Of a DNA stretch of 64,000 nucleotides, positions 36,127 to 49,404 are shown in pieces. Source of the DNA: Mobula hypostoma (lineage: Eukaryota); contig NC_086108.1 of the NCBI RefSeq assembly GCF_963921235.1, forward strand, positions 112,160,001-112,224,000, given 5' to 3'. The translations under genes were made by a program, and so were the position numbers. Under the pieces are notes generated by a model. That model saw only the letters and a list, made by a program, of their open reading frames with translations, made no database searches and was not told the DNA's origin. How positions within the stretch are numbered: the stretch's first letter is position 1; each line of letters begins with the position of its first letter.

Positions 36127-37485
36127 AGCCCAGATCTTATGGGGGGGGGGGCTGGAAGATTGCAAATGTCACTCCACACTAAGGAAGGAAGGCAAAAGTA
36201 TGAAATTTAGGCCAGTTAGCCTAACCTCAGTGGTTGGGAAAGTATTGGAATCTATTATTAAGGATGAGATTGAGAGGAACGGAGTCATCGACACTAAGGT
36301 TTTCTTTTCTCCCATTTTTTACGATGTTAAAACAGCCCAGGTCTTTTTTTTTCCAGTTTAGTTGATTAATTCTGTTTAGATTAGTTTTTTTTTGGGCGGG
36401 GGTTATTTTTTGTTCCTCTTTCATGATTTTTGTTTAGATATTTTTCTTTGTTCTATATTATTCATTGGTATCCTATATCATTGGGAGTTTTATCATTTAA
36501 GTAGTATTTGGCTTTATAATCACTCATGTTAATTATAACAATGTATTCCCAATAACTTTGTACTACTACTACTATGTCATGTTTATATCTTTATGAAACT
36601 AATAAAAAGATTGAAAAAGAAAGAAAGGATGAGGTTTCAAGGTACTTGGAGACTTGAAGAATAAAATAAGTCAAAGTCAGCATGGTTTCTGTGAAGGGAA
36701 ATCTTGCCTGACAAATCTGTTAGAATTCTTTGAGGAAGCAAAAAGCAGGGTGGACAAAGGAGAGGCAGTGGATGTCATTTACTTGGATTATCAGAAGGCA
36801 TTTGATAAGGCATCTTAAGTTAAAATCCAATGGAGTTACAGAAAAGGTACTGGCATGGTTAAGGGAATGGCTGACAGTAGGAGGCAGCGGTGACTAGTGG
36901 TGTTCCTCAAGGGTCAGAATTTGGACTGTTACTTTTGACGTTGTTAGTCAATGATTTAGATAGTAGAATTGATGGCTTTGTGGCAAAGTTTGTGAAGTTT
37001 GTGGATGATATGAAGATAGGTGGGGGGGGTAGGTAGTGGTAAAAGGAACAATAGAATCAGAATCAGAATCAGAATCAAGTTTATTATCACTGGCAGGTGA
37101 CGAGAAATTTGTCAACTTAGCAGCAGCAGTTTAATGCAATACCTAATCTAGCAAACAGAAAATAATAATAATAAAGGTGATAATGCCGAGCATTTATAGG
37201 ACATTAGTCAGGCCACTGTTGTCAACAGTTTTGGGCCCCTCATCTCAGAAAGGATGTGTTGTCATTGGAAAGAGTCCAGAGGAGGTTCATGAAGATGATT
37301 TCAGAAATGAGGGGTTAACATATAAGGAGCGTTTGGCAGCTTTGGGCCTGTACTCACTGGAATTTAGAAGAATGTGGGGGTGAGTCTCATTGAAACTTAC
37401 CGAATGTTGAAAGGACTAGATAGGGTGGATGTGGAGAGGATGTTTCCTGTGGTGGGGGTATCCAGAATTAGAGAGCACCGCCTCT
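36127..37485 (+). mobile_element. Degraded CR1 RT fragment carrying L1-3'UTR and (AGAATC)n-tailed inserts
   Basis: CR1 RT nucleotide motifs (cagcatggtttc, gcatttgataagg, actagtggtgttcctcaagg). Confidence 0.75.
36269..36624 (+). mobile_element. 5'-truncated L1-type 3'UTR insertion
   Basis: 9-bp TSD aaggatgag (36260-36268 / 36625-36633); T-rich body; tail aataaaaagattgaaaaagaaagaa resembles the tail at 42232-42257. Confidence 0.75.
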
Positions 37486-37741
37486 AGTTGAACACAAGTT
37501 CAAGTCGCTGCATTTTAAGAACAATCAGCTCTGGTGAAACTTGCAGTGGAGCATTTCCATGCTTCTAATATTTGACTGCAAAATGTCTTCAAGTTAAAGA
37601 AAAGATACCCTGAGACACAATCTAATTACCAGATTTAGAGGGGGCATTACTGCCAGCTATGGTGCACTTAACATTTTACAGAATTGCTCTAAGTTTAAAG
37701 ACCCTTTATTTTCAAAGTATGTATACTACAGAGAAACTTCT

Positions 37742-40700
37742 GGGGGACTTCCGGTAGCGCTCATGGAGTGAAGTCGCGTTCTTGACTCGCTCCATTACCT
37801 CTGAGTTTTTCTTCTTATGATCAGCTATATTTTAATTAACCATTAAGGCATCAATACACTTTTTTTAGGGAGCGTATACCGGAAGTCATGGGAGTAGTTT
37901 TAGTGCTTGCTTCTTTTGGACTGGTCTGCGTTAGATTTAGCCTTGGGGTCATGGGGTGGGGGGTGGTGGGAGGGGATTCACGTTTTAGTTTCTTTCTTCT
38001 TGGGCTATATACATTATTGAAGTATTGGTTGCGTTCTTCTTCCCGGTATCTCTTGTATGTTCTGTTCCCTTTCCTGGTTCGTGGGTCGAGCCTATCGTCA
38101 ATCCTCCTTGTTGCGGGTTGACTTTAGGGTTTATGGAGTCTATTATTAATTTTGTCTCCTGGAATACTAATGGTCTTAATCATCCTATTAAAAGGAAAAA
38201 AGTTTTTAAAGTGTTCCGGAGACTTAAAGCACAAATTTTATATTTACAAGAGACCCATGTGCAGAGGGGGGACAGACTACGTTTTTTTAAATTCTGGAAG
38301 GAACAACAGTTTCATTCGAACTCCAATGCTAAGATTCGAGGCGTCTCTATTTTTATAGACTCCTCAGTTACTTTTATACAACATGATATTATTTCTGATC
38401 CGAATGGTAGCTTTCTATTGGTTAGTGGTTTACTATTTAATAAAAAAGTAGTTTTGGTTAATGTTTATGCTCCTAATATGGACTGTCCGGAATTTTATAA
38501 ATCATTATTTAATCAGTTTCCAAATTTGAATGAGTTTTCATTGATCTGGGGCGGAGATCTTAATACCTGTTTGTCTCCAGCTTTGGACCGTTGGCTCCTG
38601 TACGGACCTTACCTAATAAATCTGCAACTTTGATTAATTCATTCCTTTCTGATTCTGGGTCGACGGACATTTGGCGTTTTTTGTATCCTCAGGAAAAAGA
38701 TTTTTCTTTTTTTTCACATGTTCACCATTCCTATTCAAGAATTGATTATTTCTTTATTGATTCTCGTCTTATTTCCTCAGTGATTAAATGTGATTATGAC
38801 TCTATAACCATTTCGGATCATGCTCCACTTAAGCTTTCTATTAAAATTCTGGCCAATATACAAAATAATAGACAATGGCGTTTTAATTCGCTGTTGCTTC
38901 AGGACTCGGACTTTGTTAACTTTATGAATGAACAGATTGACCTTTTTTTTACAATTAACTATACAGAGGATATTTCTGTCAACATTCTTTGGGACACTTT
39001 TAAAGCTTATATTCGTGGTCAGATTATCTTGTATTCTGCTGCTTTGAGGAAGAAGCTGAAGCAAGAGGAGTTGGTAATTGTGGACAAGATTAAGGAAATT
39101 GATAAGAAATATGTTATAGCTCCTTCTGAGGAGTTATATAAACAAAGAACTGAACTTCAAATGGAACACAGTTTATCACTCTCGTCCTCGATTGTAAACC
39201 AATTAAAGAAAACAAGAAGTGAATTTTATGTACACGGTGACAAAATTGGCAAACTGTTGGCTCATCAACTGAAGTCTAATCATGCTAAATCTCAAGTTAA
39301 TCAGATTTATAACCAAAATGATCGACTGATACTTGATCATGTGGGGATTAATCAAACCTTCTGTGATTTTTACTCTTCCTTATATCAATCAGAGTCTCCT
39401 CGAGATTCTAAATATATGAATGATTTTTTAGATAATTTAGACTTCCCTGAGATTTCACAGGATATGTCTTCTATGTTAGATACTCCCATTACCACGGATG
39501 AGATTAAGAATGTTATTTTCTCTATGAATTTGCGGAAAGCTCCTGGCCCTGATGGGTTTACCGTAGAATTTTATAAATATTTTGCTCCTTCATTAATCCC
39601 TTGGTTCTGTAGGGTTTTTGAGGCTTCATTAAAACTTGGTAAACTTTCTGAATCTTTTAATAGAGCGTCAATTTCTCTAATATTAAAGAAGGATAAAGAT
39701 CCTGCTCAATGTGCATCTTATAGACCAATATCTTTATTAAATGTTATTTCTAAAGTTTTTTCTAAGTTATTAGCAAATAGATTAGAAAAAGTACTTCCTT
39801 CTATTATTTCGGAAGACCAAACGGGTTTTATTAAAGGTCGTTACTCTTTTTATAATATTCGCACACTGTTAAATATTGTTTATACTCCCTCACAAAATGT
39901 TCCTGAGTGTGTTATCTCTTTAGATGCTGAGAAAGCTTTTGATAGAGTAGAATGGCCTTATTTATTTAAGGTGCTTGAAATGTTTAATTTTAGCTCGAAA
40001 TTTATATCCTGGATTAAACTGTTATATCATTCTCCTGTGGCCTCGGTCCGTACTAACTCTTTAAGTTCACCTTTTTTCCCTCTTTTTCAAGGTACTCGAC
40101 AAGGTTGTCCTCTTAGTCCCTTATTACTTGATATTGCATTAGAACCTCTTGCAATTGCCATTCGAGAATCTCCAAATATTACTGGGATAACTCGGGGCTT
40201 AAAGTCCCATAAAATATCACTCTATGCTGATGATTTACTTTTATATATTTCTAATCCCCAAAAATCCATCCCGGCTGTTTTAGAGCTATTAGCACAATTT
40301 GGTCTTTTTTCAGGTTATAAATTAAATCTTAGTAAGAGTGAACTCCTTCCAATTAATAAACAACTTCCCTTATATTATAAATTTCCATTTAAATTGATTA
40401 ATAATTATTTTTCATATCTTGGGATTAAAATTACTTGTAAATACAAAGATTTATTTAAGACTAACTTTTTACCATTAATAGACCATATTATTCAACTTTC
40501 ATCTAAATGGTTTCCTTTATATTTAACTTTGATTGGTCGTATTAATGCAGTTAAGATGTTTTTTTTTGCCAAAATTTTTATATATATTTCAGGCATTACC
40601 AATCTTTGTTCCAAAATCTTTTTTTGACAAAGCCGACTCTAAAATTTCTTCATTTATTTGGCAGAATAAAAACCCGAGACTGGGTAAGATACATTTACAG

Positions 40701-42257
40701 AAAGCGAAGAGAGATGGAGGCTTAGCATTACCTAACTTTAGATTTTATTATTGGGCAATTAATATTCGACATATGAAATTCTGGTTACTTGACCAGGATA
40801 TACTATCCATTCCTAAATGGGTAGCACTGAAATTACAATCTGTTCAGGGTTTTACACTTGGCTCTATTTTAGGTTCCTCTCTTCCTTTTGATTTGAAACG
40901 CCTTAAACAGGTGTCTAACCCGATAGTTAAATATACCTTACGTATTTGGTTTCAATTCAGAAAATTTTTTGATCTTAATCAATTTGGGTTAGCCATTCCT
41001 ATTTTAGGTAACATTTTTTCCTCCCTCTTTTACGGATCGTGCTTTTCAAATTTGGAAGACTAAGGGTATTTCACGGTTTTTGGATTTATTTTTAGATGGT
41101 TCCCTTATGTCTTTTGAACAATTATCTAATAAATATAACTTATCAAGAATACATTTTTTTAGATATCTACAAGTTAGAAATTTCCTAAGTACTATACTTT
41201 CTTCCTTTCCAATGCTTCCTCCTACATACATTTTAGATACTATAATTAACCTTAATCCATGTCAGAAAGGTGCATCGGCTATGATTTATAATATTATTAT
41301 GAAACTTAGGAAAGCTCCATTTGATAAGATTAGGGTAGATTGGGAACAGGAATTGGGGTTTATCATTTCCGTGGATGACTGGGGGCAGATTTTACAATTA
41401 GTCAATACTTCCTCTATCTGTGCTAAACATTCCCTAATTCAATTTAAACTTGTTCATAGAGCACATATGTCCAAAGATAAGTTAGCGCGCTTTTATTCTC
41501 ATATTAATCCTTTTTGTGATAGATGTCCGGGGCAGATAGCCTCTTTAACTCATATGTTTTGGTCTTGCCCTACTCTGGAAACTTTTTGGAGAGACATTTT
41601 TAATATTATCTCCAAGGTATTGAATATAGATATCTCTCCTCACCCTATTACTGCTATCTTTGGACTACCTAAAATTTCCAGTAATCTTTCCCCTTCAGCC
41701 TGTAGAATGATTGCAATTCTTACTTTAATGGTGAAAAGATGTATCTTACAACATTGGAAAGAGCTTAATGCTCCAACCACCTTTTTTTGGTTTTCTCAGA
41801 CGATATTATGCTTGAATTTGGAGAAAATTAGAAGCAATCTTTATGACTCCTCATTTAAATTTGAACAGACTTGGAGATCTTTTATTCAATATTTTCATTT
41901 AATGTAATATATACCCTTCTTGTTTTTTTTTACTGTTTTTAATGGAGGTCGGGATTAAGGATGTGATTTTAAGTTTTTTAACTGTTTGGTTTCAAGTTAG
42001 CCCATTGCTTTGCTTTGCTTTTAGTTAGTTGCACGGTGGGTTTTTTTTGGGTTTTTTTTTCCCTTTTCTCTATTGATATATATATAAAAATTAGTATACT
42101 ATTATGTTACCTTGGTATGTTATGTTTAAATTACATTGTAGTATTTTTTTTGTATTAATATCTTCTGTAATTTTATTATATTCTAACAGTGTATTAGTGT
42201 CTATATGGCTTACCTTTTTGTATACTTATTCAATAAAAAGATTTAAAAAGAAAGAAA
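37742..42257 (+). mobile_element. L1-clade LINE, 4.5 kb, with apparent native 5' end, ORF2 and 3'UTR but no ORF1
   Basis: 12-bp TSD agagaaacttct (37730-37741 / 42258-42269); 5' GGGGGACTTCCGG; AATAAA plus A-rich tail at ~42232-42257. Confidence 0.92.
38133..41907 (+). pseudogene. L1 ORF2 (APE endonuclease, RT, CCHC zinc knuckle) with 3 frameshifts
   Basis: SWNTNGL, LQETH, NVYAPN, GGDLN, SRIDYF, SDHAP; YRPISLLN, DAEKAFD, RQGCPLSP, YADD; CDRC..LTHMFWSC. Frameshifts near 38590, 40560 and 41015. Confidence 0.92.
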
Positions 42258-43557
42258 AGAGAAACTTCTTCTTCAAGGGAGACATAAAACAAATAGAATC
42301 CACAAAAACCCTGCCATACATCCAATGTGAGAAAAAGAAAGAAAAAAATTCTGCAAGTAAGTAAAAAAAAATCCAGAGCATAAACTGCAGAACCCAAAGA
42401 CAAGTCCACAGCCTCAGAGCCAGTTCAGTGCTGCAGACCACAGGTGCGGAGCCAGGTTCAGCGCTGAACTGAGCAAAGCCTCACAGAATATGGTCATATG
42501 AAATCAAGGAGTTAAATTTGTACTTCCATCATCTTTCACCTCTCTCAGCAAGTGAACATTGACAGAACTTTTTAGCAATGCTTATCATAAGACATATACT
42601 GTATAGTCAGATGTTAGTAAACTACTCAGTGTTTTGACAATAACATATGATAAAACTTTAATCACTGCAAGTTCATTTGATAGTGGTCTTGGAAACTAGC
42701 CATCTGACAAGTCTTTAGTCGAAAACACAATGGAACTGCAAAGTATTTGAATCATTAGCCCAGTTTCAAAACCAAATTTAACAAGATTTAAGGTTGTTTA
42801 ATATTATTTCCAGTACACAATTTCTAAGAATTGTTACTCCAGATCCACTGCATCACAAATAAAAATATAAGATAAAGTACACAATAAAAAATACCATAAA
42901 TATAAATACATATGATAGCAAATATAGATAGATTGTAGTGATGCTACGCACAGGAGTGTCTGCACAAAAGGTGATTGACAGGAAATGATAAAGTAGTGGT
43001 GGTTGGGGGTGTGAATGGATGAGTTAGTGGGTGGAGATGTTGATCTGCCTTACTGCTTGGAAAAATAGCAGTTTTTTGAGTCTGGCGGTCCTGGCGTGGA
43101 TGCTACATAGTCTTCTCCCTGATAGGATTGGGACAAAATCCATGAGCAGGGTAATTGGTTTATCCGGCACCATTCTGTATATACACTATGTACTTGATGG
43201 TGGGGTAGATGGGTGCTAGTGATACATTGGGTAGTTTTGACTAGCCGTTGTAGAGCCTTCCCGACTATTGTAGTGCAGTTTCCCTACCGTGCAGTGATGC
43301 AGCTTGTTAGGATGTTCCCTACTACATCCTTGCAGGCAGGTTTGCTAGAGCCGTTCAGAAAGGATTAAACTTACTTGGCCAGGAATGGGAACTAGAAAGA
43401 TATGGCTAAGGATGGAGCAGTTGGTATACAAGTAGATGCAGTGTAATGAGACTGTGAGGAAGGAAAGGCAAATGAAAGGGCAAAATTGCAGTCAGTGGAT
43501 GAGTTAAAGTGTAACATCATGCCAAAACCAGAAAGGGTGATGAATACAGGACTGAAG

Positions 43558-43696
43558 GTACTCAGTAGGCTAGGCAGCATCTATGAAAAAAAAGAGTATA
43601 GTCAGCGTTTCAAGTTGAAACCCTTCAGCAGGACCCTTCAGCATTTTGTGTGCGCTGCTTGGATTTCCAGCATTTGCAAATTTTCTCTCGTTTGTG
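43558..43696. mobile_element. Short older PLE insert with 5' inversion, inserted in a CR1 endonuclease coding region
   Basis: TSD acaggactgaag / acagaactgaag (43546-43557 / 43697-43708). The first ~75 bp are an inverted decayed hammerhead segment and the rest is forward pseudo-LTR 3' end. The host rejoins as NTGLK|LLYLNACSIWNK. Confidence 0.7.
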
Positions 43697-46222
43697 ACAG
43701 AACTGAAGCTGTTATATTTGAATGCATGCAGCATATGGAATAAGGTAGATGAACTTGTAGCACAGTTAGAGATTGGCATGTATGACATTGTGGGAACCGC
43801 TGAGGTGTGGCTGGAAGAAAATCATAACTGGGAGCTTCACATTGTATCAAAAAGTTAGGCAGGTCAGTGGAGGGGATGGGGTGGCTTTGATGGTAAAAAA
43901 TAACATCAAATCATTTTAAAGAGGTGACATGGGATCGGAAGATGTGGAATCCTTGTGGGCAGAGTTAAGAAACTGCAAGGGTAAAAAGACCTTGATAGAA
44001 GTCATACACAGGCCTCTGAACAAAAGCCAAGGACGTGGGCTACAAATTACAATGGCAGATAGAAAAGGCAGGTAAAAAGGGCAATGTTGTAATAGTCATG
44101 GGGGATTTCAATATGCAAGTAGAGGGGGAAAATGCCTACAAGATGGCTCTTTGATGTTGAGTCATAAAAAAGTACAGTTCAGAAACAGGACCTTTGGCCC
44201 ACCTAGTCTATGCCAAACCACTTAATCTGCCTACTCCCATCGACCTGCACAGGGCCAGAGCCATCCATACCCCTAACATCCATGTGGCTATCCAAACTTC
44301 TCTTGAATGTTGAAATTGAGCTCACCTGCACCACTTGGAGTTGATGTGGAGAAGGTATTTCCTATAGTGACGAGTCTCAGACCAGAGGGGACAGCCTCAG
44401 AATAGAGGGATGTCCATTTAGAACAAATGAAGAAAAATTTCTTCAGCCAGAGGGTGATGAATCTGTGGAGTTCATTGCCATACACTGCTGTGCGAGTCAC
44501 TTGGTATATTTAAGGCGGAGGTTGATAGGTTCTTGATTAATCAGGTTACAGGGAGAAGGCAAGAGAATGGGGTTGAGAGGGATCATAAATCAGCCATGAT
44601 AGAATGGTGGAGCAGACTCAATGGCCTAATTCTGCTATGTTTTATTGTCTTACATTCTTTCTGCACAGCTAGAGAAGGTCGTGAGTATAGATGTGTAGAG
44701 TCCAGTTCTCTTCAGCTAGCTCAGAAAGTAAAAGTGTTGGCGAGCTTTCTTGACTGTGTAGAATCTGTTCCGGGATGCCAATGTAAAGAGGGGTGTGACA
44801 ACCAGGAATAACAACCCAAATCAATTGGACTATTCAAAATTTCAAAATTCTGGCAAGAATTATTTAAAGATTTCATTGAGAATTCTTCACACAACATTTG
44901 TCCCAGTTTATAATCAAAAGTGACTGCTTATCTGAAGGTTTTGTGAATAGTGCACTCATTCTTTATTTACTTTTCTTACTTAGAGAAACAGTGCAGACCA
45001 GGCCCTCCTTGTCCAAAGAGACATGCCAGCAGCAACCCACCTATTTAACCCCTGCCTAATCATAGGGCAATTTACAAGGACCAATTAACCTACTAACTGG
45101 TACATCTTTGGACTGTGGGAGGAAACCAGAGCACCTGGCGGACACCTGCGGGAGGAGGTATAGAGACTCCTTACAGAGGACGCCTGAATTGAACCCCAAA
45201 CTCCAATGCCCTGAGCTATAATAGCGCCATTCTAAATGCTACACTAAATTATTCTACCAAATATATTCTGATATGAGTTAAGGACAGCTGCCCACTTTAG
45301 CCTGCTCTGACATTTATAAGATCAGGATTGATCTGAGACCATCAGATGATATGCTTCCTTTTAATTCTTCCAATATGAATAATTTGACATTTTCCCACAT
45401 AATACACTATTCCTAAATTCTTGCCCACTACCTATATGCCTCTGTGGTCACCTTGTCATTCTTACCATGTATCTTGTTTCGCTGGAGGAACTCAGGAGGT
45501 CAGGGAATAAACAGTCCATATTTCGGGCCAAGACCCTTCATTGGGACTGGAAAGGAAGGAGACAGAAGCCTGAGTAAGAGGTGGAAGGGGAGGAGTAGCA
45601 GCTGGCAAGTAATAGGTGAAATTAGGTGAGCAATAAGGTGGATGGGGCGGGGGGTGTCTGGGAATGAAGTGAGAAGCTGGGAAGTGATAGTTAGAATAAG
45701 TAAAGGACTGAAGGAAAAATCTTGTAAGAAAACAGTGGACTACAGGAGGAAGGGAAGGAGGAGGGGCACCAGAGGGAGAAGATGGGCAGGTGAGAAGAGT
45801 GCGTTTCCCCCAGGTGGTCTGCATTCCTCCCACATTCCAAAGATGACATGTTAAGCTTAGAGAGTTGTAGGCATGCTATGTGGGCACCAGAAGTGTGGTG
45901 ACACTTGCAGGCTACCCAGCACAAATCCTCACTGGTTTGATACAAAACACATTTCACTGCACATTTTAATGTACATGTGACAAATAGAGCTAATTGCGAA
46001 TCATTTACTGTGAAAGCCCACAACAAAATGAATCCCAGGGTTGTATATGGTGACATATATGAACTTTGATAATAAATTTATTTTGAATGTTGAATATTGT
46101 ATGTTTGCTGCATGAGCCTGGCGATATACCATGACTGCATGACAACAATTGGATGCTTTTTGTTAACCCCAAATCTACAAGTGCTGAGTTTCATGTTAAA
46201 AGCAGGATTATGTTAAGCTTAC

Positions 46223-46404
46223 CCTCTCCACTTCCGGCAGGCAGTCCAGGAGACTGGCTGTGTACTCACAGTCACTCGGGTCATTCTCACACCCAGAAGA
46301 GGTAATCTTGAGGGGTTGCTTAGCCATGGCATCCAGAACAGCATCATATAGCTGCTTCGTTATCAATGGTGATGGCAGTTCCCTCAGGTAGTCCTTGAGA
46401 ACAC
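46223..46404 (-). CDS. SYDE2: SYDE2 RhoGAP-domain coding exon (third from last): (G)[60 protein letters not shown]
   Basis: RhoGAP helix motif [16 protein letters not shown]. Acceptor ttgtgcag (plus ct 46405-46406); donor AGG|gtaagc (plus ac 46221-46222). 182 bp, ending in phase 0 and joining the next exon in frame. Confidence 0.95.
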
Positions 46405-47416
46405 CTGCACAAGCAAAAAAAACAGAAATCAATGTGACCATTTACCTTGTATCTGCTTAACTCTTAGGAATGGCAAAAAACAATAATAGATAAACTGTAT
46501 TATTTATGTATTATTTTTTGGTTTTCGGAACAGTTCAGCAATGGGGTGAGTGAAGTTAAGTGAAGTTATCCCCTCTGGTTCAAGATCCTGATGGTTGAGA
46601 AATCCCTGAACCTGAACGTGATTTGTAAAGTTTGTCTTCTTTTGCCCATTGTTTGTCTTGTCAGTTTTTGTTGTGTGTTTTTTTTTATTGACTCAACTCT
46701 ATTTCTTTATTCTACTGTGAATGCCCACAAGAAAATGAATCTCAAGGTTGTATATGGTCACATATATGTACTTTGATAATAAATTTACTTTGAACTGGTT
46801 TTCCAAAATTCTTTTCTGCTATTGAGCTGGGAAAAGAAACAGATAACTGTGTGAAAGAGTAAGATGGATTGGACAATGTTAATGCTGATCAAAACCAGGA
46901 ACACCTTTAAAAACATTTCATTGAAACAAATCACAATGAACCAAACATAATAGAGACCTCCCTCTGGTGTCCCCTCCTTCCCTTTCTCCTATCCACTCTC
47001 CTCTCCTATCAGATTCCATCCTATTTAGCCCTTTACTTTTCCACCTATCACCTCCCATCTTCATACTTCATCACTCCTCCCCCACACACCTGGTCTCACC
47101 CATCATCTGCCAAGTTGTACTCCTTCCTCTCCCCTCACCTTCTTATTCTGGTTTCTTCCACTTTTATTTCCAGTCCCGATGAAGAGCCTTGGCAAGAAAC
47201 ATTGGCTGGTAATTCCCTTCATAGACCAGGGGTTCCCAACATTTTCTATGTCATAGTCCAATACCATAAAGTAAGGGGTCTGTGGACCCCAGGAAGGGAT
47301 CCCCTGCCATAGATGCTGGCTGACCTGCTGAGCTTTTCCTGCAATATCCAAGTGTGTTGCTCTGATATTAAAGATCACAATGTGGAGACTACAAGTAGCC
47401 CAGGTCATTTCGTATA

Positions 47417-47952
47417 CACTCAGTGTCCACTTTATTAGGTACAGGAGCAGAACCCAGTGTGGTCTTCTGTTGCTTAGCCTATCAACTTCAAGGTTCCATG
47501 TGTTGTGCATTCAGAGATGCTCTTCTGCACACCACTGTTATGACACATGGTTATTTGAGTTACTATCACTTTCCTGTCAGCTTGAACCAGTCTGGACATT
47601 CTCCTCTGACCTCTCTCATTATCAATGCGTTTTCACCACAAAACTGCAGCTCACTGGACTTTTTTTTTCATTTTTCGCACCATTCTCTATAAACTCAAGA
47701 TCATTGTGCGTGAAAATTCCACAAGATCAGCAGTTTCTGAGATACTCGAACCACCCTGTCTAGCACCAACTATCATTCCATGGTCAAAGTCACATTTCTT
47801 CCCCTTTCTGGCATTTGGTCTAAACAACAACTGAACCTCTTGACCATGTCTGCATGCTTTTATGCATTGAGTTGCTGTCACATGATTGACAATTAGATAT
47901 TTGCATTAACAAGTTGGTGTGCAGATGTACCTAATAAAGTGGCCACTGAGTG
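47417..47952. mobile_element. Complete Tc1-derived non-autonomous element (TIR CACTCAGTGGCCACTTTATTAGGTAC)
   Basis: TA flanks on both sides and 26-bp TIRs; internal remnant resembling a Tc1 transposase N-terminus. Confidence 0.88.
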
Positions 47953-49404
47953 TACATCCAGAATTAAAGCATGGCAGTGGGAACTATTATGACAGTGCCA
48001 ATATATCTTAACCAAGCATAACACGGTTGCTTGGGAAATGCAAAGTCTGGACTACAGCAGAACTTCATGTTTTCTGGCTTGCATTCTTATAGCACCTTTC
48101 AGGCAGTAAATTATTCTGTTAAGTTATAAAGATGGAAACTGAAAAATGTTGATTTACAGATTTGACAAAATTCTATGTTAAAGCAGTAGCTTTTGAAGGG
48201 TGGGGTAGAGTGTGTGTGGGAAGAGAAGATAAGGATAACAAGTACTTTGAAGAAGGCATTTTCCAGAATGATGTCTAGACTGATGCCAATTGTGGGGCCA
48301 GTATGTAGAAATGGACATTTTAGATTACACTGGATAACATAATTCAGTAAGAGACAATGTCTATGTGAAGGCATGGAACTGACAATGAAAGAAGCATTAG
48401 GTTTGTAATCGAGTTGAAGAGAAGGGCTTTGGATTTTAAAAGTTAAATTGCATTAACATTTATGATAACTAGCAATTGCATTGTACAAATGTAATTTATT
48501 ACATACCATGGTCGAGATTTGTTTCCCAGTACTAAACTAGAGAGTAGAACATAGAACATTACAGCCCAGCACAGGTACTTCAGTTCCGATGTTGTATCGA
48601 GATTTTAGCCTACTCCAAGGTCAATCTAACCCTCCACCATGTGTCTATAATCCACATGGCAATCCAAGAGCCCAAATGTCCCCAGTTTATCTGCCTCACC
48701 CTAGCAAGGTGTTCTACACACTCACCACTCTAAAAAAAACCTGACATTCCCCTGTACTTTCCTCCAATAATCTTAAAATTGTGTTTTGTTTTAGCCATTT
48801 CCACCATGAGAAAAAAAGTCTCTGGCTGTCTGCTCTATCTATCCCTCTTATTTTGTACATCTCTATCAAATCAGCTCTCATCCTCCTTCACTCCAAAGAG
48901 AAAAACCCTACCTAGCTCGATCAACTCGTCACAACAATTGACCTCACCTCTCCAGATTACTAAGAGGTCACTAGCTGATCTTTCACAAGAACAACCTGTT
49001 AAACATTCACAAGCAGAAGGATCAGGACTGGGCTTTAGTTGGTGAACAGATAACGAGCTACAATGCATTCTCAAAGTTTTCAAATAAAAAGTGCCGAGTT
49101 CAGGGAGACAATGAGAATCCAGTGTTGATTTTTTATTAAAAAAAATGGGGTAAAAATTAACAAGAAAAAGAGACAAGTGCTGTTAGATTTCCATCTTATG
49201 CAAATGTACTTGAGATTGTAGAAAATCATTCTAGCAAACACAAAGAGATTGACAAGAGCACACAGAAAATGCTGGAGAAACTCAGCAGGCCAGAGAGCAT
49301 CGATGGAAGAGAGTAAACAGCCAATGTTTCAGGCCAAGATCCAAAGACAATCAAGTCAAATGAAGATTGTTAAATGTCATTTCTAGTACACAAGACCAGA
49401 AGAC

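Noticed and set aside
37053..37076. (AGAATC)4 as a telomere-like repeat
   Set aside because: Not TTAGGG; it matches the (tgattc)n 3' tails of Rex1-like elements elsewhere in the window.
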